From an uncultured Treponema sp. (GTDB taxonomy: Bacteria; Spirochaetota; Spirochaetia; Treponematales; Treponemataceae), in contig CAZSJX010000007.1 of the NCBI GenBank assembly GCA_964607295.1, positions 18,026-82,025 of the forward strand: a DNA stretch of 64,000 nucleotides, in the 5' to 3' direction. Positions 11,259 to 20,770 of the stretch are shown here, one piece after another; the stretch's first letter is position 1, and every line of letters starts with the position of its first letter. The position numbers and the translations under genes are program-made. A model generated the notes under the pieces. The model saw only the letters and a list, made by a program, of their open reading frames with translations. It had not been told where the DNA came from and ran no database searches.

Positions 11259-12641
11259 ATGACTTATTTTTTTGAAACCTACGGCTGTGAGATGAACATA
11301 GCTGAAAGCGCTTCTGTTGAGCAGATTCTGATTTCCCGCGGCTGGAAAAAGGCGGAGAATGTCCAGGTTGCCGACATGGCCATAATAAACACTTGCTCTG
11401 TCCGAGGCTCTGCGGAAGAAAGAATCTTCGGCCGCCTTGGCTTTTTTACAGGCCTGAAGAAAGTGCGCTCCTGCGCTCCCGACGCAAAAAGAAGAAACAT
11501 GGAGATTGCGGCGGAATATGTTGAAAGGAACGGAGCTGTTCCGCTTACTGTCATTGTTATGGGCTGCATGGCGGAGCGTCTTTTAAAGTCGCTTCAGAAG
11601 GACTGGCCGTGCATAGACTACGTGGTCGGAACTTTTGCGAAGAACAAATTCGGCGAGATTATACAGGCTGTGGAGGACGGCGAAAAGTACATCCAGACAG
11701 ACGAGGAGCCGGTCTATGTGTTCGCGGAAACTTCCTACGAGGAGGGAGCATTCTCTACTTTTGTTCCGATTATGCACGGATGCAACAACTTCTGCTCTTA
11801 CTGCATAGTCCCTTATGTGCGCGGAAGGGAAGTGAGCCGCCCGGCTGATCAGATTCTGCATGAGCTGGATGTGCTTTCCGGACGCGGTGTAAAGGAAATC
11901 ACGCTTCTCGGGCAGAATGTGAACTCTTACAGCGGCGCGGACGGAATGGATTTTCCTGAGCTTTTAAGAGCTGTGTGCCGCCATCTTGAAAAAACAGGCT
12001 CTCCTATTGAATGGATACGCTTCGAGTCAAGCAATCCCAAGGATTTTTCCGACGGGCTTATAGATGTGATTGCGCAGGAAAAACGCATTTGCAGCGGGCT
12101 TCATATCGCGGTGCAGCACGGATCAGACCGGATTCTAAAAGCCATGAACCGCAAGTATACACGAGAACAGTATATTTCACTTGTAGAAAAGCTCCGCGCA
12201 AGGATTCCCGGCCTCCAGCTCACGACAGACATCATGCTTGGGTTCCCCGGCGAGACAGAGGAGGATTTTGAGCAGGCGGTTTCTCTCATGAGGCAGGTGG
12301 AGTTTGAAAGCGCGTTCATGTACTACTATAATCCGCGCGAGGGAACTCCTGCCGCCAGAATGAAGGACCAGGTTCCTCTCGAGGTGAAGAAGGAGCGTCT
12401 CCAGAAAGTCATAGACCTTCAGCTTGGAATAACAAGAAAAGTGATGCAGTCGCAGACAGGAAAAAAGCTCCGTGTCCTTGCCGACATCGTGAGCCGCGAC
12501 AATGCAAGGGAGCTTCTTGGAAAGACTGAGCAGAACGAGCGGGTGGCTTTTGAGGCTCCGGTCTCTCTGATTGGAAAATTTGTTGAAGTCCGCATAGACA
12601 GCCTGAACGGGAACACATTCAAAGGCAGCCTGGTCCGCTAG
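11259..12641 (+). CDS. miaB: tRNA methylthiotransferase MiaB
   Basis: TYGCEMN, INTCSVR, GCNNFCSYCIVPYVRG radical SAM motif, C-terminal TRAM domain. Confidence 0.92.
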   Translation: MTYFFETYGCEMNIAESASVEQILISRGWKKAENVQVADMAIINTCSVRGSAEERIFGRLGFFTGLKKVRSCAPDAKRRNMEIAAEYVERNGAVPLTVIVMGCMAERLLKSLQKDWPCIDYVVGTFAKNKFGEIIQAVEDGEKYIQTDEEPVYVFAETSYEEGAFSTFVPIMHGCNNFCSYCIVPYVRGREVSRPADQILHELDVLSGRGVKEITLLGQNVNSYSGADGMDFPELLRAVCRHLEKTGSPIEWIRFESSNPKDFSDGLIDVIAQEKRICSGLHIAVQHGSDRILKAMNRKYTREQYISLVEKLRARIPGLQLTTDIMLGFPGETEEDFEQAVSLMRQVEFESAFMYYYNPREGTPAARMKDQVPLEVKKERLQKVIDLQLGITRKVMQSQTGKKLRVLADIVSRDNARELLGKTEQNERVAFEAPVSLIGKFVEVRIDSLNGNTFKGSLVR

Positions 12642-12797
12642 GTGCTTGGCAAGCTTCTGGCAATGGGAGCTTTTCCTGTAACGCAGAAGCCGCTCAATTT
12701 AAATTTAATTGAAAATCACTTGAAAAACTGCTAGAATATGCGCGTTTTCAAAATCATTTTGTGGAAACATAATCTTTAGTTCAAATAGAGGCATTTT

Positions 12798-13571
12798 ATG
12801 AAAAAATCTGTTGTTTTTGCATTCGCTCTGGCGGCATTCATTGCTCTTCCTGTGAGCGCAAAGAAAAAGGCTGTGGAAATCAGAGGCATAGAGGATCTTG
12901 ACGGAAAGCGCATTGGAGTCCAGGGAGGCACCACTGGCGAAACTTATGTTCAGGAGAACCTTAAGTCCGCTAAGCTTTCTTCCTTTAAGTCTGGAATGGA
13001 CGCTGCGCTTGACCTTATGAACGGCCAGATTGACGCTATTGTCCTCGACGAGCTTCCTGCAAAGCAGATTGTATCTCGCAACAGCAAAAAGCTTAAGATT
13101 GTGGACTCGAAATTTGCGCAGGAGGAATACTCAATCGCAGTGAAAAAAGGAAATACCCAGCTTTTGGAATCAATCAACAGAACAATCGACTCCCTTAAGT
13201 CCAGCGGCGGATACGAGGCTCTTGTGAACGCATTTATGCCTGCCGACGGAGTTATAAAAATTCCTGGCGACGAGGCTCTTTCTGGAAAAGTTGTAAAGCT
13301 TGGCACAAACGCCGCGTTTCCTCCGTTCGAGTATGTTGAAGGAACAAAGATTGTGGGCTTCGATATTTCAATGGGGCAGAAAATTGCAAAAGACCTGGGG
13401 CAGTCCCTTGAGGTTGTCGATATGTCGTTTGACAGCCTTATTCCGGCTCTTTCAAGCGGAGCGATTGATTTTATCGCCGCAGGAATGAGCGTTACAGAAG
13501 AACGCAGGAAGAATGTGGACTTTTCTAAGCCGTATTTTACCTCGAACCAGGTCATTATAGTACGCAAGTAG
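12798..13571 (+). CDS. Polar amino acid ABC transporter substrate-binding protein (circularly permuted family 3 fold)
   Basis: Signal peptide; family 3 binding-protein motifs GTNAAFPPFEY, GFDI, AGMSVTEERRKNVDFSKPY lie in the C-terminal half, after DLDGKRIGVQGGTTG. Confidence 0.9.
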   Translation: MKKSVVFAFALAAFIALPVSAKKKAVEIRGIEDLDGKRIGVQGGTTGETYVQENLKSAKLSSFKSGMDAALDLMNGQIDAIVLDELPAKQIVSRNSKKLKIVDSKFAQEEYSIAVKKGNTQLLESINRTIDSLKSSGGYEALVNAFMPADGVIKIPGDEALSGKVVKLGTNAAFPPFEYVEGTKIVGFDISMGQKIAKDLGQSLEVVDMSFDSLIPALSSGAIDFIAAGMSVTEERRKNVDFSKPYFTSNQVIIVRK

Positions 13572-13586
13572 CTTCTGGAGACGGCT

Positions 13587-14255
13587 GTGCTTGATTCAAT
13601 TTACGATACGCTTATTTCCGGGCAGCGGTGGCTTCTTCTGCTGCAGGGCCTTGGAACTACAATCTATATCGCCGTTGCCGCGATTATCCTCGGAACGCTT
13701 CTGGGGGCAGTGTTTGCGCTGTTCAAGATTTCAAAGAATCCTGTGCTGAGGATAGCCGCGGGAATCTACACAACCGTTATCCGCGGAATACCGCTTGCGA
13801 CACAGCTTATGATTTTCTACTTTGTTGTGTTCGCGCCGCTTGGAATGGACCGCCTGCTTGTTGCGACTCTCGCCTACGGGATAAATTCCGGGGCGTACTG
13901 CACTGAAATTTTCCGCGCTGGAATACAGGGCGTGGATTCAGGACAGATGGAGGCCGGACGTTCGCTCGGGCTTAGCTACTGGCAGACGCTTACGATGATA
14001 ATTTTTCCGCAGGCCGCAAAGGCTGTTCTTCCTACCTATACAAGCGAGTTCATTGTGCTTATAAAGGAAACTTCCGTGGCGAGCTTTATCGCTGTCATGG
14101 ATCTTACAAAGGCCGGGGATATGATCCGCAACGCAACTTACAACGCATGGATTCCGCTTCTTTCGTGCGCCGCAATATATCTTTGCCTTACGCTTGGGCT
14201 TACAAAGCTGTTTTCTATTCTTGAAAAAAGGATGGCCAGAAGTGATAGAGACTAA
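13587..14255 (+). CDS. Polar amino acid ABC transporter permease (HisM/GlnP family)
   Basis: [36 protein letters not shown] (EAA motif), LIKETS. Confidence 0.93.
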   Translation: MLDSIYDTLISGQRWLLLLQGLGTTIYIAVAAIILGTLLGAVFALFKISKNPVLRIAAGIYTTVIRGIPLATQLMIFYFVVFAPLGMDRLLVATLAYGINSGAYCTEIFRAGIQGVDSGQMEAGRSLGLSYWQTLTMIIFPQAAKAVLPTYTSEFIVLIKETSVASFIAVMDLTKAGDMIRNATYNAWIPLLSCAAIYLCLTLGLTKLFSILEKRMARSDRD

Positions 14256-14964
14256 AGACCTAAAAATAAGCTTTGGAGAGCTGGAAGTGCTGAAAGGCAT
14301 AACGCAGACGATAAAGCAGGGCGAGAAGGTTGTTATAATCGGGCCTTCCGGCTCCGGAAAGTCAACTTTTCTGCGCTGCCTGAATCTTCTTGAGACTCCG
14401 GATTCCGGCTCGATTCTTTTTGAGGGAAAGGATATAACGTCCAAAAACACTGACATAAACCTTGTTCGCCGCCAGATGGGAATGGTGTTCCAGCATTTCA
14501 ACCTTTTTCCGCATCTTACGGTTCTAAGAAACATAACGCTCGCGCCTGTAAAGCTGGGACTTCTTGCGCCAAGGCAGGCTGAAGAAAAAGCGATGGAGCT
14601 TTTGGAACGCATCGGTCTTGCGGACAAGGCCGGCGCATATCCTGCTACATTGAGCGGCGGCCAGAAGCAGCGGATTGCGATTGTGCGCTCCCTTGCAATG
14701 TCGCCCAAGGTGATGCTCTTTGACGAGCCGACCAGCGCGCTTGATCCAGAGATGGTGGGAGAGGTTCTTTCTGTTATGAAGGAGCTTGCCCATGGCGGAA
14801 TGACGATGGTTGTTGTAACCCACGAGATGGGCTTTGCCAGGGAAGTGGCGGACCGTGTTGTCTTTATGGAAGGCGGTGTTGTCGCGGAGGAGGGGACTCC
14901 AGCTCAGATTTTTGACAGCCCGCGCTCAGAGCGCCTTAAAAAATTCTTGAACTGCATCCTGTAA
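14242..14964 (+). CDS. Polar amino acid ABC transporter ATP-binding protein (GlnQ family)
   Basis: [27 protein letters not shown]. Start moved to the GTG at 14242, which overlaps the end of the permease. Confidence 0.93.
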   Translation: MIETKDLKISFGELEVLKGITQTIKQGEKVVIIGPSGSGKSTFLRCLNLLETPDSGSILFEGKDITSKNTDINLVRRQMGMVFQHFNLFPHLTVLRNITLAPVKLGLLAPRQAEEKAMELLERIGLADKAGAYPATLSGGQKQRIAIVRSLAMSPKVMLFDEPTSALDPEMVGEVLSVMKELAHGGMTMVVVTHEMGFAREVADRVVFMEGGVVAEEGTPAQIFDSPRSERLKKFLNCIL

Positions 14965-15037
14965 TGCAAGCCGCGGCCGCACTGAACGCTCCAGAATCAG
15001 TCCAAATACATTGAAAAACGCACCCAGTCCGTTGGGG

Positions 15038-15077
15038 AAATATAGTTACTATATTTTAAAATAAAGTAACTATATTT
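15038..15077. repeat. 40 bp AT-rich near-perfect palindrome
   Basis: aaatatagttact-a-tattttaaaata-a-agtaactatattt: 13 bp perfect arms plus a 12 bp palindromic centre, with one mismatched pair. Confidence 0.85.
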
Positions 15078-15142
15078 GCAAAAGAGATTCTTATTTTTTT
15101 TCCGCAAACTTGAAATTTGCCTGTGTTTGAATCATAATATAA

Positions 15143-15356
15143 TAGCCTTAATTTTGGATTGTATGGTGCACTAAAAATAGTGTAAGGAGAGATGCAGCTG
15201 GCAAAAACGCTCTGTTTTGCTGCCGCGATAGCGGCAATGCTTAATAGTTCCAAGTCAAAACAGCGTGTAGAGGCAACTTCGTTGCTTCGGTTTTGACAGA
15301 TGTATCTCGACTGATAGCTTTTTTATACAGGATTATGATTGATTCAAAGTTAGTGG
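15143..15356 (+). mobile_element. Fold-back MITE-like repeat, copy A (long centre)
   Basis: Left end tagccttaattttg; core cggttttgacagatgtatctcgactgatagcttttttata; degenerate right end. Shares arms with copies B-F. Confidence 0.65.
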
Positions 15357-15439
15357 TAAATATAAAAGCGCCGGCTGCTGATTTAATCGGTAGTCTGCAC
15401 GTTAAGATTGTTTACTGTTTTTTATATACGGAGAATTTT

Positions 15440-16996
15440 ATGAGGAAATGCTATTTTTCTGCTGTAATCGCAATTTTGCTTATGGCTGTTTCGTGCATGA
15501 ATGTCGGCGGCTCGTCCGGAGCGGAAGGAGCTGTGCGTGTGGCTGTTCCGGGAAGCGGCTCGCGCGGGGCGTATACTCTTAGCAAGGACAATGCGAGCTT
15601 ATACAAGGTTACGCTTCTGCTTGACGGAGAAGTTGAGGGAGAGCCTCAGACCGCATCTCCGGGGGGGGCGGACATAGTATTCGACGGTCTTGAGCCTGCG
15701 GAATACACAGTGCTTGTTGAAGCGTTTGACGCAGGCGGCGTGATGCTTGCAAGAAAAAGCCAGAGTATAAAAGTCGCCGCCGGAAAAACCGCGGACTGCT
15801 CCATAGTGCTTGCCCTGCTAGGAAGCCGCGCCCTGGACACTGGATATTTGCTGTGGAAATATAGCTCTGATCCTTCATACAGTTTTGGCAGGTCGGAATC
15901 TGTAGAATCCTTTAACGGTGGAGTTGGATATTGCTATGGAGAGCCTTTTGGAGCTGCGGAGGACTTGGATTCAAACTGGTATTTTGTAAGTAAAAGTAAA
16001 GGAAGTGATAATGGCACAGTATATAGAAATGATGCCAATACACAACTATTTTCTATAATATCTGGTATTAACGAATTTTTCACAGACCCTCTTTATTACG
16101 ATGAAACAGAAGATGCTCTGTGGTTTGCAAACTATGCGAATAATAAGCTTAATCTTTCAAAAAACAAAAATCCTTCATCTCTTTCTGGTTCTGGCAGCCT
16201 TGATATGAAGGAAGTCAGCGGATTTGATTTTACTGATAGATTCGGTTTTGCATTTGCAGTTCAGGGAAACGATATTTATATTGTATATACAGACTTGACA
16301 AATTATTATCTTCAGCGCGGAACTCTTTCTGGAGACGGGCCGTTTACATTTGTGCCTGTAGGCTCTGCGAAGTCTGCCGAAGACATGGGACTTTCCGGGG
16401 CTATTACAGACGTTGCTATTCTTTATGACGGAACTGTCTATGCGCTTGTTTCAAATGTTGGAAGCGATGCCGGGGATTCTGGTTATATTGACGATATGTT
16501 TATTAACCCTAGCGGCGGCACATTCTACAGCCGCGGCGCGCTTGTAAAGATTGAAGGCACGAATTCCGGCTTTAGGGTTGTGGATGTGCTTGGCTGGACA
16601 AATTCCGCAAGAAAGATAAGCCCTGCTGGAGGCGCTGCTGATGAATATGACTCTGATGTTTTGCTGCAGCCGATTAACGCCTATATTCCTTCTCTTTCGG
16701 AAAGCAATGGCAAATTCTACGGCCCGCGCAGGTTTGTAGCCATAAAGCCAAAGGAAATCGCCATAGCTGACTGCGGCGCGAATTTTGTAATGCCTGATAA
16801 AACCTTTGGAAAAGCAGGAAAAATGTTTGAGAAAAACAGGGTTGTAACAGTGAGCCTGTATGATTTTGCCGTCAGCAGTGTAAAAAAACTTGACGGTATA
16901 AAATTCATGAATCTTACGATAAGCGGCGGCTCAGGATCAACTTCTGGCTACATATATGCGTATGACTGTAAGGGTGAAGAAATAGAAGAACGCTAG
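15440..16996 (+). CDS. Hypothetical surface lipoprotein (Treponema paralogous family type)
   Basis: Start moved to the ATG at 15440 (RBS ggaga); lipobox LMAVSC; C-terminal FYGPRRFVAIKPKEIAIADCG motif. Confidence 0.75.
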   Translation: MRKCYFSAVIAILLMAVSCMNVGGSSGAEGAVRVAVPGSGSRGAYTLSKDNASLYKVTLLLDGEVEGEPQTASPGGADIVFDGLEPAEYTVLVEAFDAGGVMLARKSQSIKVAAGKTADCSIVLALLGSRALDTGYLLWKYSSDPSYSFGRSESVESFNGGVGYCYGEPFGAAEDLDSNWYFVSKSKGSDNGTVYRNDANTQLFSIISGINEFFTDPLYYDETEDALWFANYANNKLNLSKNKNPSSLSGSGSLDMKEVSGFDFTDRFGFAFAVQGNDIYIVYTDLTNYYLQRGTLSGDGPFTFVPVGSAKSAEDMGLSGAITDVAILYDGTVYALVSNVGSDAGDSGYIDDMFINPSGGTFYSRGALVKIEGTNSGFRVVDVLGWTNSARKISPAGGAADEYDSDVLLQPINAYIPSLSESNGKFYGPRRFVAIKPKEIAIADCGANFVMPDKTFGKAGKMFEKNRVVTVSLYDFAVSSVKKLDGIKFMNLTISGGSGSTSGYIYAYDCKGEEIEER

Positions 16997-17080
16997 TTTT
17001 GTAAAAGGCGCATAAAATTGGCAAAAATCAGGTTTTGCACTTGATGAAAACGCTAAAATAATATATCATGCTTTTCATTC

Positions 17081-17155
17081 GGCGCTTTAGCTCAGCTGGA
17101 TTAGAGCATCTGCCTTCTAAGCAGAGGGTCGACGGTTCGAGCCCGCCAAGCGTCA
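17081..17155 (+). tRNA. tRNA-Arg (anticodon TCT)
   Basis: Acceptor stem ggcgctt/aagcgtc, D arm gctcagctggattagagc, anticodon arm tctgc-cttctaa-gcaga, T loop ttcgagc (one T-stem mismatch). Confidence 0.93.
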
Positions 17156-17158
17156 CTA

Positions 17159-17195
17159 GTCCGTTTTCAGGCTTCTGGAGACGGGCTTTTTTTTT
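17159..17195 (+). terminator. Intrinsic terminator after tRNA-Arg
   Basis: Stem gtccgtttt...gagacgggc followed by T9. Confidence 0.75.
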
Positions 17196-17432
17196 GCTTT
17201 GCGGACGCTTGGAACGGCGCAATATGACGGCTTAACGTTGCAATTTTCCTATAAAATCACTATATTTAATGCAGCACTGAACGGTCTGAATAATGATTGC
17301 TCTGTGCTGGCCGCTGCATCTGGTGTTTTAGTATTTCAGGCGAGTACAAAAAATATTTGGAAAACGCGGAAAATCGCTTCAAGTGTTGACCGGCACTTTC
17401 TTAAGCATATCTACTTTTATATGAGGATTCCT

Positions 17433-18275
17433 ATGGCAGAGACACTGCTTTCAATTCAAGGCTTATGCACTTCTGTTGGCGAAAAACAGATTCTTAAAAA
17501 TATTTCACTGGATATTGCTCCCGGCGAAATCCATGTGCTTATGGGACCGAACGGCGCCGGAAAGTCCACCCTGGGCTACACGCTTATGGGCAGCCCTGAA
17601 TACTCTGTAACCGGCGGAAAAATCATCTTTAACGGACAGGACATAACTTCTGATTCCGCGGACAAGAGGGCAAAGGCCGGAATTTTCCTTAGCTTTCAGG
17701 AGCCGCTTGAAGTTCCGGGGGTTTCACTTGAGTCGTTTATCCGCTCGTCAATGCAGCAGGTTACAGGACAGAAGGTGAAGCTGATGCAGTTTGCCCGGGA
17801 ACTTGATAAGAACATGGATCTTTTAAAGATGGACCACGGCTATGCTTCCCGCGATTTAAACGTAGGATTCAGCGGCGGAGAAAAAAAGAAGAGCGAGATT
17901 CTCCAGCTTTTAATGCTCAGACCGCGCCTTGCGATTCTTGACGAGACAGATTCCGGACTTGACGTTGACGCATGCCGCATTGTTTCCGAGGGAATTAAAA
18001 AGTACATGGAGGCTACAGGCGGCTCTTTGATTGTCATAACGCATTCGACCCGCATCCTTGAAAACCTTAGCGTGGACAAGACGCACATAATGGTGAAAGG
18101 CCGGCTTGTTCACACCGGAGACGGAAGCCTTGTCCAGAAAATAAACGAGGAAGGCTTTGACAGCTTTATTCCGCAGGAAATCAAGGATGAGCAGCGAAAG
18201 GAGCAGCTTGCGGCGGCAGCAAAGGCGGCGATGGACGCAGTAAAGATGAATGCTGCCAGCGGCGGCCTTAACTAG
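17433..18275 (+). CDS. sufC: Fe-S cluster assembly ATPase SufC
   Basis: MGPNGAGKST, LNVGFSGGEKKK, ILDETDSGLDVDA. Start moved to the ATG at 17433 (RBS gagg). Confidence 0.95.
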   Translation: MAETLLSIQGLCTSVGEKQILKNISLDIAPGEIHVLMGPNGAGKSTLGYTLMGSPEYSVTGGKIIFNGQDITSDSADKRAKAGIFLSFQEPLEVPGVSLESFIRSSMQQVTGQKVKLMQFARELDKNMDLLKMDHGYASRDLNVGFSGGEKKKSEILQLLMLRPRLAILDETDSGLDVDACRIVSEGIKKYMEATGGSLIVITHSTRILENLSVDKTHIMVKGRLVHTGDGSLVQKINEEGFDSFIPQEIKDEQRKEQLAAAAKAAMDAVKMNAASGGLN

Positions 18276-18283
18276 GAATATTT

Positions 18284-19699
18284 ATGGGCGAAGAAAAGAC
18301 AAAAGTTTCAGATATTGACCGGTCCCTCTATGATTTCAGATATGAAGAAAGCGACAGGGACTTCTATAAAATCCGGGCGGGACTCGATGATTCTATTGTA
18401 CGGAAGCTCAGCGAGGAGAAGAACGACCCCGAGTGGATGAGGGACTTCCGCTTGAAGAGCCTTCATCTTTTCAATGAGATAAATGAGCCTGACTGGGGGC
18501 CGGACATCCGCGACCTTGACATTCAGAAGATTGTAACCTATGTAAAGCCAAAGACCGAAATGGCTGCAAAATGGGCTGATGTTCCAAAGGATATAAAGGA
18601 CACGTTCGAAAAGCTGGGAATTCCAGAAGCCGAGCGTGAGAGCCTTGCCGGTGTGGGCGCGCAGTACGACAGCGAGGTTGTCTACCATAATGTCATAAAG
18701 GAAGTGGCGGAACAGGGAGTAATCTATACCGACTTTGAGTCCGCGCTGAAAAGCGAAGAGTGGGGCGGAATGGTGAAGGATTATTTCATGCACCTTGTTC
18801 CTCCGTCCGACCACAAGTTTGCGGCTCTGCATGGAGCTGTCTGGAGCGGCGGAAGCTTTGTCTATGTTCCTAAGAACGTGAAGGTGAAAATCCCTCTTCA
18901 GTCGTATTTCAGGCTGAATGCGGCCGGAGCCGGGCAGTTTGAGCATACGCTTATTATTGTGGACGAGGGCGCTGACCTGCATTTTATTGAAGGCTGCTCT
19001 GCTCCGAAGTACAATGTGGCGAATCTTCATGCCGGATGCGTCGAGCTTTATGTAAAGAAGAATGCCCGGCTTAGATATTCTACGATAGAAAACTGGTCTA
19101 AGAATATGTACAACCTGAACACGAAGCGTGCGCTTGTAGAGGAGAACGGACGCATGGAATGGGTTTCGGGCAGCTTCGGAAGCCACATTTCGTATCTTTA
19201 TCCGGCCACGATTCTAAAGGGCGACAATTCAAGCGTTGAATTTACCGGAATCACTTTTGCGGGGAAAGGACAGAACCTTGACACCGGCGCAAAGATGATT
19301 CACATCGGAAAAAATACTTCAACTGTAATAAATACAAAGTCAATCTCAAAGGGCGGCGGTGCCTGCACCTACAGAAGCGCTATTGTTGTAAACAAGGATG
19401 CGAAGAATTCAAGGGCCAGCGTGGACTGCTCTTCGCTCATGCTTGACAACGAGAGCCGTAGCGACACAGTTCCGGCGATGAATGTCATGACTGATGACTG
19501 CGACATCGGACACGAGGCGAAAATCGGGCGCATCTCAAACAAGGCGATTTTTTACCTTATGAGCCGCGGAATCAGCGAGGAGGACGCAAGGGCGATGATT
19601 GTCTCCGGCTTTGCGAATCCTGTGAGCAAGGAGCTTCCGCTTGAATACGCTGTCGAGATGAACAATCTGATTCAGCTTGAGATGAAAGGCAGCATGTAA
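18284..19699 (+). CDS. sufB: Fe-S cluster assembly protein SufB
   Basis: GVGAQYDSEVVYH, VWSGGSFVYVP, GQFEHTLII, EGCSAP, FYLMSRG. Confidence 0.97.
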   Translation: MGEEKTKVSDIDRSLYDFRYEESDRDFYKIRAGLDDSIVRKLSEEKNDPEWMRDFRLKSLHLFNEINEPDWGPDIRDLDIQKIVTYVKPKTEMAAKWADVPKDIKDTFEKLGIPEAERESLAGVGAQYDSEVVYHNVIKEVAEQGVIYTDFESALKSEEWGGMVKDYFMHLVPPSDHKFAALHGAVWSGGSFVYVPKNVKVKIPLQSYFRLNAAGAGQFEHTLIIVDEGADLHFIEGCSAPKYNVANLHAGCVELYVKKNARLRYSTIENWSKNMYNLNTKRALVEENGRMEWVSGSFGSHISYLYPATILKGDNSSVEFTGITFAGKGQNLDTGAKMIHIGKNTSTVINTKSISKGGGACTYRSAIVVNKDAKNSRASVDCSSLMLDNESRSDTVPAMNVMTDDCDIGHEAKIGRISNKAIFYLMSRGISEEDARAMIVSGFANPVSKELPLEYAVEMNNLIQLEMKGSM

Positions 19700-19710
19700 G
19701 GGGCTACAGA

Positions 19711-20760
19711 ATGGAAAAACTTGAGATAGATGTAAACCAGTTTCCAAGCCTCACTTGGAATTTTCTGAATATAAACAGGGCGCGCCTTGAGCTTGGCGGT
19801 GAATTTAAATCTTGCGGCGCAGTTTCCGGCGGAATGGAAATAGAAAATTCTGCTTACAGTTTTATAAAGACAGGCCTGGGCGGAAAATTCGACGAGGCCT
19901 TTGATTCTGTCCTGCAGAAAAACGGAATAAAAACCTTGCTTTTTACCGCGGAATCAGCGGGCCGACCGCATAAAATAGAGCTTTTTGCGCAGGAAAATGA
20001 AACTTCCGTCTGCGACATCGTAATCCATGCGAAGAAAGGCGCGGACTGCTCTTATATTTTTGTCTATAAAAGCGGAAGCGGAGACTTGAATTCCCGGGTT
20101 GGAGCTAGAATCCGTGTTCTTGCGGAAGAAAACGCCCATGTCCATGTTTCTTGCTTGAATATGCTTGGAAAGAACACTGCGCACTTTAATTCAGTCGGCT
20201 CAAGCTGCAAGGACAATGCGTCTGTGGAAATCACGGAGCTTGAGCTTGGAGCAGGCAGGACGTTCAGCGGAACGTTCATAGGTCTTGAAGGATACAAAAG
20301 CCGTTTTATAGGAAGGGCGGCTTACGTTGTAAATGGCAGTTCCTCTCTTGACATGAACCAGGTTGCGCTTCAGACAGGAAGATGCACGGAAAGCCGCTTT
20401 TCTGTGGACGGCGTTCTTCTTGACAACGCGAAAAAAACTTGGAGAGGTACAATTGACTTTAAGAAAGGCTGCGTGGATTCTATAGGAGATGAGCAGGAGG
20501 ATGTTCTTCTTCTTAGCCCGGATGCTGTGAACAAAAGCCTTCCTGTCATTCTTTGCGACGAGGAGGCTGTTGAAGGCCGCCATGGATGCTCAATTGGCAA
20601 AGTCGACATGGAAAAACTTTTTTATATGCAGAGCCGCGGAGTAGATGAAAAGACTGCGAGGGAGCTTTTGACAAAGGCCAAGGTTTCCAAGGTTTCAAGG
20701 TTTATTCCTGATGAAAGCCTTGCTGCGGAAATCAGCTCTTTTGTTGAAGCGATTATATAA
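19711..20760 (+). CDS. sufD: SufD family Fe-S cluster assembly protein
   Basis: Lies between sufB and sufS; WRGTIDF, SLPVILCDEEAVEGRHG, LFYMQSRG. Confidence 0.85.
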   Translation: MEKLEIDVNQFPSLTWNFLNINRARLELGGEFKSCGAVSGGMEIENSAYSFIKTGLGGKFDEAFDSVLQKNGIKTLLFTAESAGRPHKIELFAQENETSVCDIVIHAKKGADCSYIFVYKSGSGDLNSRVGARIRVLAEENAHVHVSCLNMLGKNTAHFNSVGSSCKDNASVEITELELGAGRTFSGTFIGLEGYKSRFIGRAAYVVNGSSSLDMNQVALQTGRCTESRFSVDGVLLDNAKKTWRGTIDFKKGCVDSIGDEQEDVLLLSPDAVNKSLPVILCDEEAVEGRHGCSIGKVDMEKLFYMQSRGVDEKTARELLTKAKVSKVSRFIPDESLAAEISSFVEAII

Positions 20761-20770
20761 CGAGGAAAAT

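Noticed and set aside
15293-15439. Extended N-terminus of the 567 aa ORF
   Set aside because: It reads through the MITE-like element; ATG 15440 has an RBS and gives a proper lipoprotein signal.
17199-17432. Upstream extension of sufC and hairpins in its leader
   Set aside because: Homology starts at MAETLLSI; the hairpins match no riboswitch I recognise.
18308-19186. 292 aa antisense ORF over sufB, and similar long antisense ORFs over the ABC genes, clpB and the aldo-keto reductase
   Set aside because: Shadow ORFs produced by codon bias of the real genes; no motifs.
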